Origin: Candidatus Hodarchaeota archaeon
Lineage (GTDB): Archaea > Asgardarchaeota > Lokiarchaeia > Sigyniarchaeales > SOKP01
DNA: 64,000 nucleotides
Direction: 5' to 3'
Assembly: GCA_048886685.1 (NCBI GenBank)
Contig: JBHLKM010000001.1
Coordinates: 1 to 64,000, forward strand
Below are positions 1 to 10,741 of this stretch, in pieces. The position numbers and the translations under genes were made by a program. Numbering within the stretch: the stretch's first letter is position 1; the number at the start of each line of letters is the position of its first letter. The notes beneath the pieces were generated by a model. It searched no databases and was not told where the DNA came from. It saw only the letters and a list, made by a program, of their open reading frames with translations.

Positions 1-914
1 TTTTGGCTACCTGATTGTGCTCCAATAGTGATATTGTCATTATTCCCATATTTTAAAACCAAATTTAATGTCTCTTGATTAACATGTTCTGGTCTTACTT
101 CAGATGGAAATGTCCCTACAAAAATTCTCGCATTTTCACCTATGATTTCTCTGATACTGAATAATAATTCCTCAAGTTTCTCTAAATTTAACGTTTTACC
201 ATCCTCAGAGCCATAACTAAATGCATTAGGGGTTATAAATCGTATATCTGTTAAATCTCCATAATAATCTTTAATTATTTGAACATATTGACAAATTGCT
301 TCGATACTTCTGTGTCTGGGAGTAGTCCCTAAAATATAGGGTGTTTGACAAAAGTAACATACATAAGGACATCCTCTTGTTATTTCAATTGCTCCAAATC
401 GAGTATTTTTAGTAGGAAAAGGAGGATATTTGTTTAGATCGATTAACGCACGTCTTTTTGTATAAATATATTCGTTATCTTCATTTTTATAGGCTATCCC
501 TCTTATATCACTGAGCTTTTCATTAGAAATTAGTTTATTAACCAGTTCTATGATTGTATCCTCTCCTTCTCCAATTACAGCAATATCAAAACCTATTTGA
601 AGGGTTCCAGAAGGATCTCCCGTTGGATGAGATCCTCCTGCTACAAGTGTACAATTCTTTTGAAACTTTTGTCTTAGTTTATCTACTAATTCTCGGATTT
701 CGAAAAGCTGAGTGGTGAAGAAAGAAATAGCAACTAGTAATTTATCATAAGATTCTACTATATCTTTGAGTGTTTCCATAAGTTCATCTTGCGAACTTAA
801 AAAATAGAAATCAATGCTTTCAAATATATCATCTGTTTCGATTGCGCCAGTTATAGCATTTAAGCTATAAAAATTTTGTCGATGATAATAGATTAAAAGT
901 GCGATTTTCTTCAA
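1..914 (-). CDS. B12-binding domain/radical SAM protein (runs off the window at its 3' end)
   Basis: Not in the ORF track. Manual translation from TTG at 914 gives MKKIALLIYYHRQNFYSLNAITGAIE..., with AGGSHPTG, GEGE and EITRGCPYVCYFCQTP (CxxxCxxC). Confidence 0.85.
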   Translation of the reverse strand, partial: MKKIALLIYYHRQNFYSLNAITGAIETDDIFESIDFYFLSSQDELMETLKDIVESYDKLLVAISFFTTQLFEIRELVDKLRQKFQKNCTLVAGGSHPTGDPSGTLQIGFDIAVIGEGEDTIIELVNKLISNEKLSDIRGIAYKNEDNEYIYTKRRALIDLNKYPPFPTKNTRFGAIEITRGCPYVCYFCQTPYILGTTPRHRSIEAICQYVQIIKDYYGDLTDIRFITPNAFSYGSEDGKTLNLEKLEELLFSIREIIGENARIFVGTFPSEVRPEHVNQETLNLVLKYGNNDNITIGAQSGSQ

Positions 915-1038
915 GTAAATTTTACCTTAAGAATTATACGATTAATAATTAGATATAATATAATACAATATTTTTTAAACTAAATCTATAAATGGTTATT
1001 TTATAGGAATAAAAAAAAAGATTATTTGCGATATTATA

Positions 1039-1494
1039 ATGATATTTAACTGGTTTTGGGCAACTTTGCCAAGTGAGGTCAGTCAATCTATTTTTGATTT
1101 CTTTAGTTTTGGGCATATAGCAATGGGAATCGTAGTTTTCTCATTATTATCAATTATTTCGACGATAAGAAATTTATTCGATCCAAAAAACTTCAAGGTA
1201 CAAAAATCTCATTGGATATGGTTTTTTGTTGGCACTATTATATTTGCTGTATTTTGGGAGATTATAGAAAATAGTCTTCTGTATCAGTGGGGTTTAAAGC
1301 ACCAGGATGAACTAGATAGTGTTATAAATGCTATTTCTGATATTATTCTCGGAGGATGTGGTGCGTTAATATGCTGTGGCTTCGCGTATCTTTTCTATGA
1401 AAAAGTGAAGAAATATGAGTTTCCTTTATTTTATCTTTTCAATGCTCTTTCATTTGTACTATTTTTTATAATTTATTTGGTTCTTGAATTTTAA
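1039..1494 (+). CDS. Small multi-TM membrane protein (DxxSxGH / WExxEN / NxxxD motifs), paralog of the next gene
   Basis: ORF track; four hydrophobic segments; motifs shared with 1575..2042. Confidence 0.7.
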   Translation: MIFNWFWATLPSEVSQSIFDFFSFGHIAMGIVVFSLLSIISTIRNLFDPKNFKVQKSHWIWFFVGTIIFAVFWEIIENSLLYQWGLKHQDELDSVINAISDIILGGCGALICCGFAYLFYEKVKKYEFPLFYLFNALSFVLFFIIYLVLEF

Positions 1495-1574
1495 TTTCCC
1501 ATGAATATATCTTTTTCATTTTTGTATTATTATTTAAAAAGTAAAAAAAATAATTAAGAAATAGTGAGAAATTA

Positions 1575-2042
1575 ATGTTAATGAATGAATTTATCGCCAC
1601 AGATACCTCTGAGGTTGGTATTTCTTGGTTTGATTTCTACTCTATCGGGCATATTTGTTTTGGAATCGGTTTATTTTTATTCTTTTCATTGTTTTACACA
1701 ATCCCTAAAAGAAAGTATGGCACTATTCCAATTTTTTCGCTTTTATTCGTTTTTATCCTCACCGTTGTTTGTTCTATTATTTGGGAGGTCGTTGAAAATT
1801 TAGTTTTTCTTGATTTAGAATGGAAGTTTGAAGATCGGGCTGATAGCTGGCAAAATATAATCACCGATATCTTTTTATGTGCTGTTGGAGGGCTTGGTAC
1901 TTGGTTATTTGCTTATATCACGTTTGAGAAAGAGAAAAGTGTTTTTGCATATTATACTTTTGGATTAATTGGATTTGGAGTATGGATTAGCATTTTCATA
2001 GTTCTCAGATACTTAACCTTTCAGAATTCTCCAATGATTTAA
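1575..2042 (+). CDS. Small multi-TM membrane protein, tandem paralog
   Basis: FDFYSIGH, WEVVEN and DSWQNIITD match the upstream gene. Confidence 0.7.
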   Translation: MLMNEFIATDTSEVGISWFDFYSIGHICFGIGLFLFFSLFYTIPKRKYGTIPIFSLLFVFILTVVCSIIWEVVENLVFLDLEWKFEDRADSWQNIITDIFLCAVGGLGTWLFAYITFEKEKSVFAYYTFGLIGFGVWISIFIVLRYLTFQNSPMI

Positions 2043-2081
2043 TTAAGTTTTATATATTATTATTTAATAAATCGCGAGAAA

Positions 2082-2849
2082 ATGTTAGACCTTTTCAACT
2101 ACGTAGAATGGCAACAAGGTAATATTCCTCTAATACTCTCTGTACCACATGGAGGAACACTAGAATGTGAGAACATTCCAAAGAGAACATCAGGAGTTTT
2201 AGGAATTGATGGTGAAACAATCGAGATTGCCAAGATTTTAATTGCCCTAATTCAAACCTTCTTTAAACAACAATATTCCCAATTTAATACTCCATCATAC
2301 ATAATTTCTAAAGTTCGTCGAAGTAAAATTGATTTAAACCGAGAGGAATCAGAAGCATATGTACAAGGATCGAATATCGCGAAGCAAATCTATAATTTTT
2401 ATCATAAAAAAATAGAAGAATTTGTACTAGACAACTTGAAAATATATGAGCGTTCACTAATAATTGATTTACATGGTTTTGAAAAAGCCAATCGACCACC
2501 TGGCTTCCGAGATGTGGATATAGTTTTAGGAACAAATAATCTAGAATCATTTTACTCAGAAAAAATACCAAAAAAAGATTGGGGAAAAAATATTCGAGGT
2601 AGAATTGTTGAAAAATTCCTCGAATTAAGTATCCCTATAGCTCCCAGTCATCCTAAAAGAGGTGAATATGTCTTAACTGGAGGTTATATCACAAAAAAAT
2701 ATGGCGCTTCTCTTATACCAAACAGTCAAGCATTACAAATCGAAATTTCAGATAGGATAAGAGTACAAGATGGAGAATTAAGGAAAGTGGTATTAAATGC
2801 ACTGGCTAAGATTTTATTTGAGGATTTAAAAGGTATTACGAAAAAATAA
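2082..2849 (+). CDS. N-formylglutamate amidohydrolase-like Zn hydrolase
   Basis: PLILSVPHGG, IDLNR, IDLHGF and ALQIEI motifs. Confidence 0.75.
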   Translation: MLDLFNYVEWQQGNIPLILSVPHGGTLECENIPKRTSGVLGIDGETIEIAKILIALIQTFFKQQYSQFNTPSYIISKVRRSKIDLNREESEAYVQGSNIAKQIYNFYHKKIEEFVLDNLKIYERSLIIDLHGFEKANRPPGFRDVDIVLGTNNLESFYSEKIPKKDWGKNIRGRIVEKFLELSIPIAPSHPKRGEYVLTGGYITKKYGASLIPNSQALQIEISDRIRVQDGELRKVVLNALAKILFEDLKGITKK

Positions 2850-2862
2850 GAAAATCTCTATA

Positions 2863-3480
2863 TTAATTGTTCATATCTAAAATCATATTAACAATTCGAT
2901 TGATAAACTTACTCTTTTGAATCTTACAAATATGAGCAACCTTCTTATAATTAAAAGATTCTGCTAATGTATCAAGATATGAAAGGTTATATAAAATTGA
3001 GATATTGTCATCATTTTTCATGAAAAGCATATCTATTTCTTGTTGAATTTTGTTGTCGCTGATCTTCTTCCTCTTTTTTACCCTTTTATTAATCTCAGTT
3101 AGGGCTATATTAAAGTTAATATCTCTTATGCTTGAAATAAGTGAATTAAGCACAATAGCATACAAAACAACTATATCAATATTATCCGAGTCTTTTAAAT
3201 TGTGGAATTTGAGTTGTAGATCTTGGTAAATTTCATTGATATAGTTCTCATCTACACCCTTTATTTTAGTGAAAAGATTAAGGAATTGTAGGTACTTACC
3301 CTCAAGAAATAAGTGTAAATTACTATTAAATAAATCTTTAAATTTTCTTATAATTTGCCCAGAATTGCTAATTTTTACAGAAATTTGAGGTGTTCTACCA
3401 ATAATTATATCGTGACCATCTTTATAGAACTGTTGATTAATCAAATTATTCGTCGCATCATATAACTGTTCTAAAATCAC
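2863..3480 (-). CDS. Hypothetical protein
   Basis: 205-aa ORF with no recognised motif. Confidence 0.6.
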   Translation of the reverse strand: MILEQLYDATNNLINQQFYKDGHDIIIGRTPQISVKISNSGQIIRKFKDLFNSNLHLFLEGKYLQFLNLFTKIKGVDENYINEIYQDLQLKFHNLKDSDNIDIVVLYAIVLNSLISSIRDINFNIALTEINKRVKKRKKISDNKIQQEIDMLFMKNDDNISILYNLSYLDTLAESFNYKKVAHICKIQKSKFINRIVNMILDMNN

Positions 3481-3887
3481 TCCGATCGCAAAACACCAAT
3501 AATTAATATTTTATGTCTGTTCCTAATACACTTAATAAAAATATGATGATTTAATTTTATGCATTTTTACCTAATCCTTTTTTTCAGTGCTTTTAAGGCA
3601 TAATAATATAAGAATATTATAATACTAAGTGCCAATTTTCATAAATCCCTAAAATACCAATGCTATTAATAATTTTTAGCGTAAAATATAGAGTTGAATT
3701 ACGATTATTTATTACATTATTTAATCATGTGTAGAGGTATATAGGTGGTTTTTTGAAAGATATGCCTTAATGTGTTTAAAAACAGGGGAAATGAACTAAA
3801 ACCTTTTTTTCTATTAAAAAAATTAAGATTTAAAATTTTAAAAAAAAAGAGATATTTGGTTCGATGGTCTTTTTCTTTGTTCTGGTT

Positions 3888-4334
3888 TTACATATCTTCT
3901 ACAAGGTCTTCGTAGGCTTCAAGCGACAGCTCAATTATCTCTTGGAAGGCCATCGCGTCCTGGAGATTTCCTTCAACAGTGATATCTCCCGCCATATATG
4001 CTGATGTGGCATCTACCTCACCCATCACAATACCTGCTCCAACCTCAAGCGTGGAGGATAACGTAAATGAAGGATTATCAATATCTCCATCTCCATATTG
4101 TAAATCCCCTTCTTTAACTGTGAGCCAGAACTTCTTATCTGCATCAGTAAAAACGAGCTGTATGGCAATTTCCATATCCTCGAGTTCTTCCTTAAGATCC
4201 TCATTCTCCCCAGAGATTTGCTTCATAAACTCGAGAGTCTTCGCGATCACATCGGGAGTGGCCGAAGAAGCGCCAGCATCCTGAGCAGCCTTAATTTCTT
4301 TTAATAATGATTCATCAACCATTTTAATTTTCAA
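3888..4334 (-). CDS. SCP2 sterol/lipid-carrier domain protein (start possibly the ATG of MVDES at ~4322)
   Basis: DATSAYMAGDITVEGNLQDAM is an SCP2-type motif. Confidence 0.8.
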   Translation of the reverse strand: MKIKMVDESLLKEIKAAQDAGASSATPDVIAKTLEFMKQISGENEDLKEELEDMEIAIQLVFTDADKKFWLTVKEGDLQYGDGDIDNPSFTLSSTLEVGAGIVMGEVDATSAYMAGDITVEGNLQDAMAFQEIIELSLEAYEDLVEDM

Positions 4335-4619
4335 CCTTTTTGTATAATTTTCCTCTATTTTGATTTTGAAAATTATTAAAGTATAAAATTTGTTATGTTA
4401 TTTCTTGATTATTTTCTTAAAATAACAATATTAAAAGGTTATAATGATATAAAAAGGTTATATTTCACAAGTTAGGTTTTATTTCATAAATATTTAAGTT
4501 ATGAAATAACTAAGTGTTAAGACTTTTATAAATTAAATAGGTTAAGTTCCTATTTTCAATTAACATAGAGTTGTTTTTTCATTAATTTTTATTTAAAATT
4601 TAGTGAGTTTAAATTAGAG

Positions 4620-4729
4620 TGGCGCGGCTAGCGGGATTTGAACCCGCGTCGCAGGAGTGACAGTCCCGAATGCTTTCGGTTAAGGAAACAGAATTGTTAT
4701 ACTTAAAGACCGGGCTACACTATAGCCGC
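4620..4729 (-). tRNA. tRNA-Asp(GUC) with a 32-nt D-loop intron (4675-4706, position 20b/21); CCA encoded
   Basis: Spliced sequence GCGGCTA TA GTGT AGCCCGGTCT^A GCAT T CGGGA CTGTCAC TCCTG CGAC GCGGG TTCAAAT CCCGC TAGCCGC G CCA. BHB: CGGT/ACCG helix with CT^T and AA^A bulges and a TAAG/CTTA intron stem. Confidence 0.93.
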
Positions 4730-4882
4730 TAAAAATTTTAGATATATAAGCAAAGGAATAAATGAAAATATAAAAATTTTATTCTGAATAGCGTGTTAAT
4801 AGATTGAATACAAAGATTTATATTGTTTACAAATAATTTAGATACTAAGGAATAGGTATAACAATATAATATATTTATCATT

Positions 4883-5329
4883 TTGCCACAATTGTATATA
4901 CTTGATTCAAAGGGTTTTAGATCGGTTGTTCTCAATTTAGAAAACAATACTGAGGAATTTATTACAACATTAGAGAGGATTATAAGATTAGGGGTTAGTA
5001 TCATTAAGAATACTGATGAACTCAGGGAAGAAATTATAGATTACGATGATATCTATCAAATTTCGATAATGGATATAAATTATCATTTTTGGTTTAAAGT
5101 GTCTAATGGTACAATATTATATAAAAAAGGAATTAATAGAGGGGCTACATTTAGAGTCAAGTATAAAAAAGATATATTTATTAAAATTCTTAAACGTGAA
5201 ATGCAAGGAACGGATGCGTACATGAAGGGTAAAATCCAAGCTGATGGAGATCTGACTCAGGGGTTAAGATTTATAAAGTTATTTAGGATGTTTGTAAAAT
5301 ATATTAATAATGGGATTAAAAAGGTTTAA
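4883..5329 (+). CDS. SCP2 domain protein (true start probably downstream of 4883)
   Basis: GTDAYMKGKIQADGDL is an SCP2-type motif. Confidence 0.75.
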   Translation: MPQLYILDSKGFRSVVLNLENNTEEFITTLERIIRLGVSIIKNTDELREEIIDYDDIYQISIMDINYHFWFKVSNGTILYKKGINRGATFRVKYKKDIFIKILKREMQGTDAYMKGKIQADGDLTQGLRFIKLFRMFVKYINNGIKKV

Positions 5330-5428
5330 TGCCCTACTTTTTCTTTCGAGAATTTATGTTTTACTTATAGCAAACATTTTTTTGAAATCGTGAATGAAAA
5401 TATCATAAGCTAGTAATTTTATTTTTAA

Positions 5429-5503
5429 GGGCTTGTAATCTAGTCTGGATAGGGTGCCCGGCTTCGGACTGGGATGTCGCAGGTTCGAATCCTGCCAGGC
5501 CCG
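5429..5503 (+). tRNA. tRNA-Arg(UCG), no intron
   Basis: GGGCTTG/CAGGCCC acceptor stem, CCCGG-CTTCGGA-CTGGG anticodon arm, GCAGG-TTCGAAT-CCTGC T-arm. Confidence 0.92.
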
Positions 5504-5523
5504 ATTTTCTATGAATAAATTCT

Positions 5524-8500
5524 TTAATATAACCTAATAGTGAAAGTGGAGCCTTTATTTCTTCCTTCAGACTTTACAAGTATTTGGCCTCCATGTAATT
5601 CTACAATTTCTTTTGAAATATATAACCCCAGACCTGAACCCTCTATATCTACACCTAGATCCATACCGTATCTTTCCATTTTTCCAAATTTTTCAAATAA
5701 AAGCCCTTTTTCCTTTTCTGTTATTCCAATTCCTTTATCTCTTATCTGTATATCAATGAAATCATGATTATCACTAATGTTGATATAAATTATTCCACCT
5801 TGCGGTGTGTTTTTAATAGCATTTGACAATAGATTGGTGATAACTTGTTGAAGACGAATTTTATCTACATTAAGTTCCAACTTTTCCGGAAGATTTAACT
5901 TCACGTTAAGTTTACGACTATTCAATAAGTAGCTCATTTCTTCAACACATTCTTTAGTAATTATAACGAGATCATTCGTTTTAATGTTTAATTCTAATTT
6001 ACCTGATTCGATCCTTGAAGCATCTATTAAGTTTTCAACTAATTTTTTTAGTCTTAAAGCACCCCTGTGAAAAATCTCAATAAATTTTAACACTTCATCA
6101 TCAATTTCTCCTTCGAAATGCTTTAAAAGAATTTGGGAAGCACCATATATGGAAGTTAATGGTGTTTTCAACTCATGTGAGACTCTAGTAATGATATCTT
6201 TTCTCATTTTGTTAAGATCTACTAGTTTACGATTTTCTTCTAGCACAATTCTTTCGGCTTCTTTTTTTTCGGTAATGTCTAAAGTAGCTATTAAATCCGC
6301 AGCTTTACCCTCAAAAGTAATTTTTTTAGAAATAATCTCTAGCCAGATAACCTCCCCTGTTTTTTTAAGAGCCCTAAACTGTAAATCAGCTAATATTTCA
6401 TTTTTACCATAATAGTCCCTTTCAGATATCTCTATAATCCTATTTCTATCTTCCGGATGTATAAGTCTAAAAAATTCTTTAGGTTCCCATTTTAGGATCT
6501 CTTTAAGAGTAAAACCTAAGGTATCGGCAAATTGTTGGTTAACATACTTGAATTTAAAATTGTCTATAATCGCAATGCCTATAAATGACTGTTCTGTAAT
6601 ATTTCTAAACTTTTCTTCAGACTCAGAAATTTTTAACGTGGCTAGTCTTTGTTTTGTAATATCATTACCAACTGACAAGATTCCTATTAAATTTCCTTGA
6701 TCATCTTTTATTGCTTTATTCGTCCACGATATCCATACTTTTCTTCCATATTTTGTAATATTTTCATTTACATTATTCTTGTATCTTTCAGGATCTTTAC
6801 AAATATCTTCCATCAATTTTATTAAATCACGACCAGTAGTTTCCATTTTTGGAACTATGGTTCCTATAACATGTTTACCAACAAGTCCAGATTTAGAATA
6901 TCCAAAAAAAGTTTCTCCAAATTCGTTAATAAAATTGACTTTTCCTTCAGTATCCCATCTTAGAATAATACTATTAGCATTATTTACCAATTCTCGATAA
7001 TTCTCTTCAGATTCTCGTAATTTTTCTTCTATATATTTCCGTTCAGTAATGTCTATTTGCGAAACCAAAGCAGCGGGTTTTCCGTTATATTTTATTGTTT
7101 TTGAATAAAGGTCTACCCATTTAATTCTTCCATCTTTCATTTTTTTTCGATAAGAATAATGTGGAATAACTCCATTTGTTTCTCCTTTCTGTTTTTTTTG
7201 TGATTGACTCAATAAAAATGGTATATCTTCGGAATGTAGTGTCTTGGAAAGTTCATTGAGTTCCCAATTAAGCATCTCTTGTATTGAATATTCATTTAGG
7301 TCAGCAAGAGCTTGGTTTGCATAGACAATTTTATTGCCCTGAATAATAGAGATAGCCAATAAATTCTGTTCTGTAAGTAATCGAAACCTTGCCTCGCTTT
7401 CCCGTAAATCATCTTCAGCTTTTTTCATTTCTGTAATATTTTCAACAATTACTTGTATGAATTTTATCTCTTTTAACGTAATTAATGAAGTGTGTAATAA
7501 AACCCAGATTGAACTCCTATCCTTCCTAAATAGTTGGATTCTTTTTGGTTCAGGAATCTCTCCTCTAATCAATCTTTTAAAACCGTTTAATACCAGAGGT
7601 AAAGATTCTTTGGAGACCAGATTGAGTAATCTAAAATTTTTTCCCGTTAATTCTTCTTTTTTAAAACCCAATAATTGCTCCACGTATGAATTACATTCAA
7701 GAAATTCTCCTTCAAAGGTCATTAAGGCTATTGCGAAAGGTGAATCTTCAAATAAATGTCGATATTTTTGTTCAGATTCTTTTATCTTTTTTTCTGCCAG
7801 TTTTCTAAATGTAATCTCTCTAGAGACTAATAAAAATTTTTTTTCATTTTTTTCATTGTAAAATCTCCGAATATTAATATTTAACCATATCCACTTTCCA
7901 TCTTTATTTTTCACTCTCAATTCCACCGTTCTATCATCTATTTCATCTTTCGCCCAAAAAGATGATATAAAATTTTCAAAATCTTTTGGATGACCAAATT
8001 TAAGTGCTGATTTTCCAATTAAATCATCATTGGTATATCCTAGAACTCTTAAGTAAGTTTGTTCATTAATATATTCATATTTATAATTCTTATTTAGTAT
8101 GCAGATTAGGTCATTTGTATTTTCAGTAATAAGTCTATATTTTTCTTCAGATTCTAATAATTTTTTTTGTTGTGTTATATCATCAAATACTGTCATAAAC
8201 TCTCCTTTTTCTGGAGAGATTACAGTAACCTTGAAATATGTGTCTAATGGTTGAAAATAGGCTTCAAATGAACATGATTTTTGCGTTTCTGCCACTTTTG
8301 AATATATATCCAAATATGGAGCTTCTTTAACTTTATATGATTCGGTTGCAGTCTTATTTACTACATCCTCTTTTTTAATTGATAAAATTACTTCATATTG
8401 TGGATTTACATCTGTTATTATATAATTTTTGGGTTTTCCCTTGGAATCATAAATAATTTTATGATAAGCGATTCCACTAGTAGAATTGTTAAATAAAGCA

Positions 8501-8601
8501 TAATATTTTTTCTCAAATTTCTTAGATTTTTGGTTCGACTCTTTATTATTGTTTGAAGATGTCTTTTTAATACGTTTAATTTCAGTCAGGGATTTCTCCA
8601 T
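5524..8601 (-). CDS. Multi-PAS sensor histidine kinase
   Basis: About six PAS/PAC repeats (SEEKYR...DITE), H-box SHELKTPL, N-box NLLSNAIK, G-boxes DKGIG and GSGLGL. Confidence 0.95.
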   Translation of the reverse strand: MEKSLTEIKRIKKTSSNNNKESNQKSKKFEKKYYALFNNSTSGIAYHKIIYDSKGKPKNYIITDVNPQYEVILSIKKEDVVNKTATESYKVKEAPYLDIYSKVAETQKSCSFEAYFQPLDTYFKVTVISPEKGEFMTVFDDITQQKKLLESEEKYRLITENTNDLICILNKNYKYEYINEQTYLRVLGYTNDDLIGKSALKFGHPKDFENFISSFWAKDEIDDRTVELRVKNKDGKWIWLNINIRRFYNEKNEKKFLLVSREITFRKLAEKKIKESEQKYRHLFEDSPFAIALMTFEGEFLECNSYVEQLLGFKKEELTGKNFRLLNLVSKESLPLVLNGFKRLIRGEIPEPKRIQLFRKDRSSIWVLLHTSLITLKEIKFIQVIVENITEMKKAEDDLRESEARFRLLTEQNLLAISIIQGNKIVYANQALADLNEYSIQEMLNWELNELSKTLHSEDIPFLLSQSQKKQKGETNGVIPHYSYRKKMKDGRIKWVDLYSKTIKYNGKPAALVSQIDITERKYIEEKLRESEENYRELVNNANSIILRWDTEGKVNFINEFGETFFGYSKSGLVGKHVIGTIVPKMETTGRDLIKLMEDICKDPERYKNNVNENITKYGRKVWISWTNKAIKDDQGNLIGILSVGNDITKQRLATLKISESEEKFRNITEQSFIGIAIIDNFKFKYVNQQFADTLGFTLKEILKWEPKEFFRLIHPEDRNRIIEISERDYYGKNEILADLQFRALKKTGEVIWLEIISKKITFEGKAADLIATLDITEKKEAERIVLEENRKLVDLNKMRKDIITRVSHELKTPLTSIYGASQILLKHFEGEIDDEVLKFIEIFHRGALRLKKLVENLIDASRIESGKLELNIKTNDLVIITKECVEEMSYLLNSRKLNVKLNLPEKLELNVDKIRLQQVITNLLSNAIKNTPQGGIIYINISDNHDFIDIQIRDKGIGITEKEKGLLFEKFGKMERYGMDLGVDIEGSGLGLYISKEIVELHGGQILVKSEGRNKGSTFTIRLY

Positions 8602-8924
8602 TGTAAAAACCGTTCATTTTTTTTGGATTTTAATATCAATACTATCGTTAAATTATTGGATTAAAAAATTAATTTTTTTTCATAAAATTAATTTTATGTG
8701 TATTTTGTTGATGTATACATAATAATTGAAAATATAAGTAAAAATAGTGTCACTTTTTTGCATTTTTACATAAAATTAAAAACTTAGTTAATATAAATTT
8801 TTTTCTTTTTCAAATTTTAGACTAAATGGGATTAAAATGAATTTCATGTATTATATTAAAAAATAGAGTATAACATGAATCTTAAAGTTGTGAAACAGTA
8901 CTAAAAAATGTAGAAATATAGAAA

Positions 8925-9074
8925 TTATCGGAATAGCTTAATTGTAAATTTAGTTTCTTTATCCCTACCTTCAGATTCAAAAAGAATTTCACCATTATGT
9001 AATTCAATAATTTCCTTTTAAATGAAAAGACCAAGAACAGCTCCTATAATATCTACGCCCATATCCATTCCATG
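8925..9074 (-). pseudogene. Relic of a histidine-kinase HATPase C-terminus
   Basis: Translates as HGMDMGVDIIGAVLGLFI*KEIIELHNGEILFESEGRDKETKFTIKLFR*, which aligns with the C-terminus of the adjacent kinase. In-frame TAA at 9018-9020. Confidence 0.8.
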
Positions 9075-9378
9075 GGAAATAAGAAACATTTCATATTTAA
9101 TTCAATGATATGTCGATTAATAGTATTTATTATAGGAGGTTTATTTTTTGGCAAATCTTTAAGTTAGGCTTTAAAGTTCGATGAGATATCTTTATTAATT
9201 TAAAAATTATAATAAAGTTATTTTTGTTTCCATAATCGCGTAATTATGTGTAAAAAAAAGAATTTATATATAAATTCAATTATTAATTATAAAATTGTAT
9301 CTTCATTAACTGAATATACAATAATTTTGCAAAAAAGTAAATATAATTTTGAATAACAAAATAAGGAGCTGAGGATAA

Positions 9379-9696
9379 ATGCCAACTTTGGAAATTAACG
9401 AATTAATAGTTTGTATAATTATATCTATTCCAGTAGCTTTTTCTCCTTACCTTTTACAGAAGAGGAGAGATATTATGAAATGGGCACCAGGATATTATGC
9501 TCTTTTTATAACTTTTCTCTCTACCAATTTAGAAGCATTTTATGCTCCTGATACTTTTAATTATATGGAGCACTTCTTCGCTATGGTTGCGGGAATTTTA
9601 TTTTGTTTAGCTGCTTTTTATGAATACTACACCAAAGTGTTGAAAGGAAAGCAAATTAAAATAAGAAATAGACAAGGAGGGATGGTGAAAAAATAA
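9379..9696 (+). CDS. Small 3-TM membrane protein
   Basis: Upstream AGGAG/GAGG SD-like motif; hydrophobic; its stop abuts the ATG of the next gene. Confidence 0.75.
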   Translation: MPTLEINELIVCIIISIPVAFSPYLLQKRRDIMKWAPGYYALFITFLSTNLEAFYAPDTFNYMEHFFAMVAGILFCLAAFYEYYTKVLKGKQIKIRNRQGGMVKK

Positions 9697-10527
9697 ATGC
9701 TTGGTCAAATTGATCCTTTAGATTTTCGAGATGGAGGTTTTAATTTAGTTGGAATGATTTTCTTTTGGATTGGTGCGTTGGTAGCAATGTTTATCTATTA
9801 TAAAAGGAGAACTCCAACTAATGCAATTTATGTATTTTCCCTATTTGGGGGTGCTTTATACACTCTAGGAAATCTTCTCGATAAATGGATGCTGTGGGAT
9901 AGTGATTTTGCTGATGCTTTTGCTGAAAGTTTTGGTCTTTTTATAGGAGTGTCTGCGCTTTTTTTTGCTGTTATTCCCTTTCTTGAACAAAGACTTGAAA
10001 GAACAAATAATGATATGAAAGCGGTAATTGGTGCCGCTTCAAATACAAGCATTAATGTGGCAAATATTGCGAATGAATTAGCTGCAAGTGCTAGTGAAGT
10101 GAATGCTGCATCAGAAGAAATCGCAACATCAACACAAAATATGACGCTTGAAACTCAAGAAGTCATGAGAGCAACTAATGATATACGCAATGTAATGGGG
10201 ATTATAACCAATATCTCTGATCAAACAAATTTATTAGCTTTAAATGCAAGTATAGAAGCAGGAAGAGCGGGTGAACAAGGTAGGGGTTTTGCTGTTGTTG
10301 CAGATGAGGTTAGGAAATTAGCTGAAGAATCAAAATCGGCTGTCCGCGAAACAAACGAGAAAATTAATAACGTTATTAATAAGATTAACAATTCTTTCAG
10401 TTCTATGGAAGGAATAAGCGCATCGGCAGAACAACAAACAGCATCAATGGAAGAAGTAACATCGACTGCTCATAAATTAGGTACTTTGGCTGAAGATTTA
10501 AAGAATTCTTTAAGAACTGACAAGTAA
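9697..10527 (+). CDS. Methyl-accepting chemotaxis-like protein (3 TM plus short signalling domain)
   Basis: [37 protein letters not shown] is the MCP signalling hairpin signature. Confidence 0.92.
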   Translation: MLGQIDPLDFRDGGFNLVGMIFFWIGALVAMFIYYKRRTPTNAIYVFSLFGGALYTLGNLLDKWMLWDSDFADAFAESFGLFIGVSALFFAVIPFLEQRLERTNNDMKAVIGAASNTSINVANIANELAASASEVNAASEEIATSTQNMTLETQEVMRATNDIRNVMGIITNISDQTNLLALNASIEAGRAGEQGRGFAVVADEVRKLAEESKSAVRETNEKINNVINKINNSFSSMEGISASAEQQTASMEEVTSTAHKLGTLAEDLKNSLRTDK

Positions 10528-10741
10528 ACACTAATTTACGAGCTAATTTCTATTTTTTTATTGTAATTCTATTTTCTTTTTATTTCTTGAGCTTATCTTT
10601 TTATAGAAAATCTCTTTTTTTTTAAGATTTAATTTTTAGTGTAAAAAAGTATTTATATATGTAAAATAGTATAAATATGTATAAAAAGAACAATCATTCA
10701 TTCAATAATTTATATGTAATCCTATACTAAAGGTGTAAACT

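Noticed and set aside
5429-5503. Reading the tRNA as Pro(CGG)
   Set aside because: The 7-nt loop CTTCGGA centres on TCG, so it is Arg.
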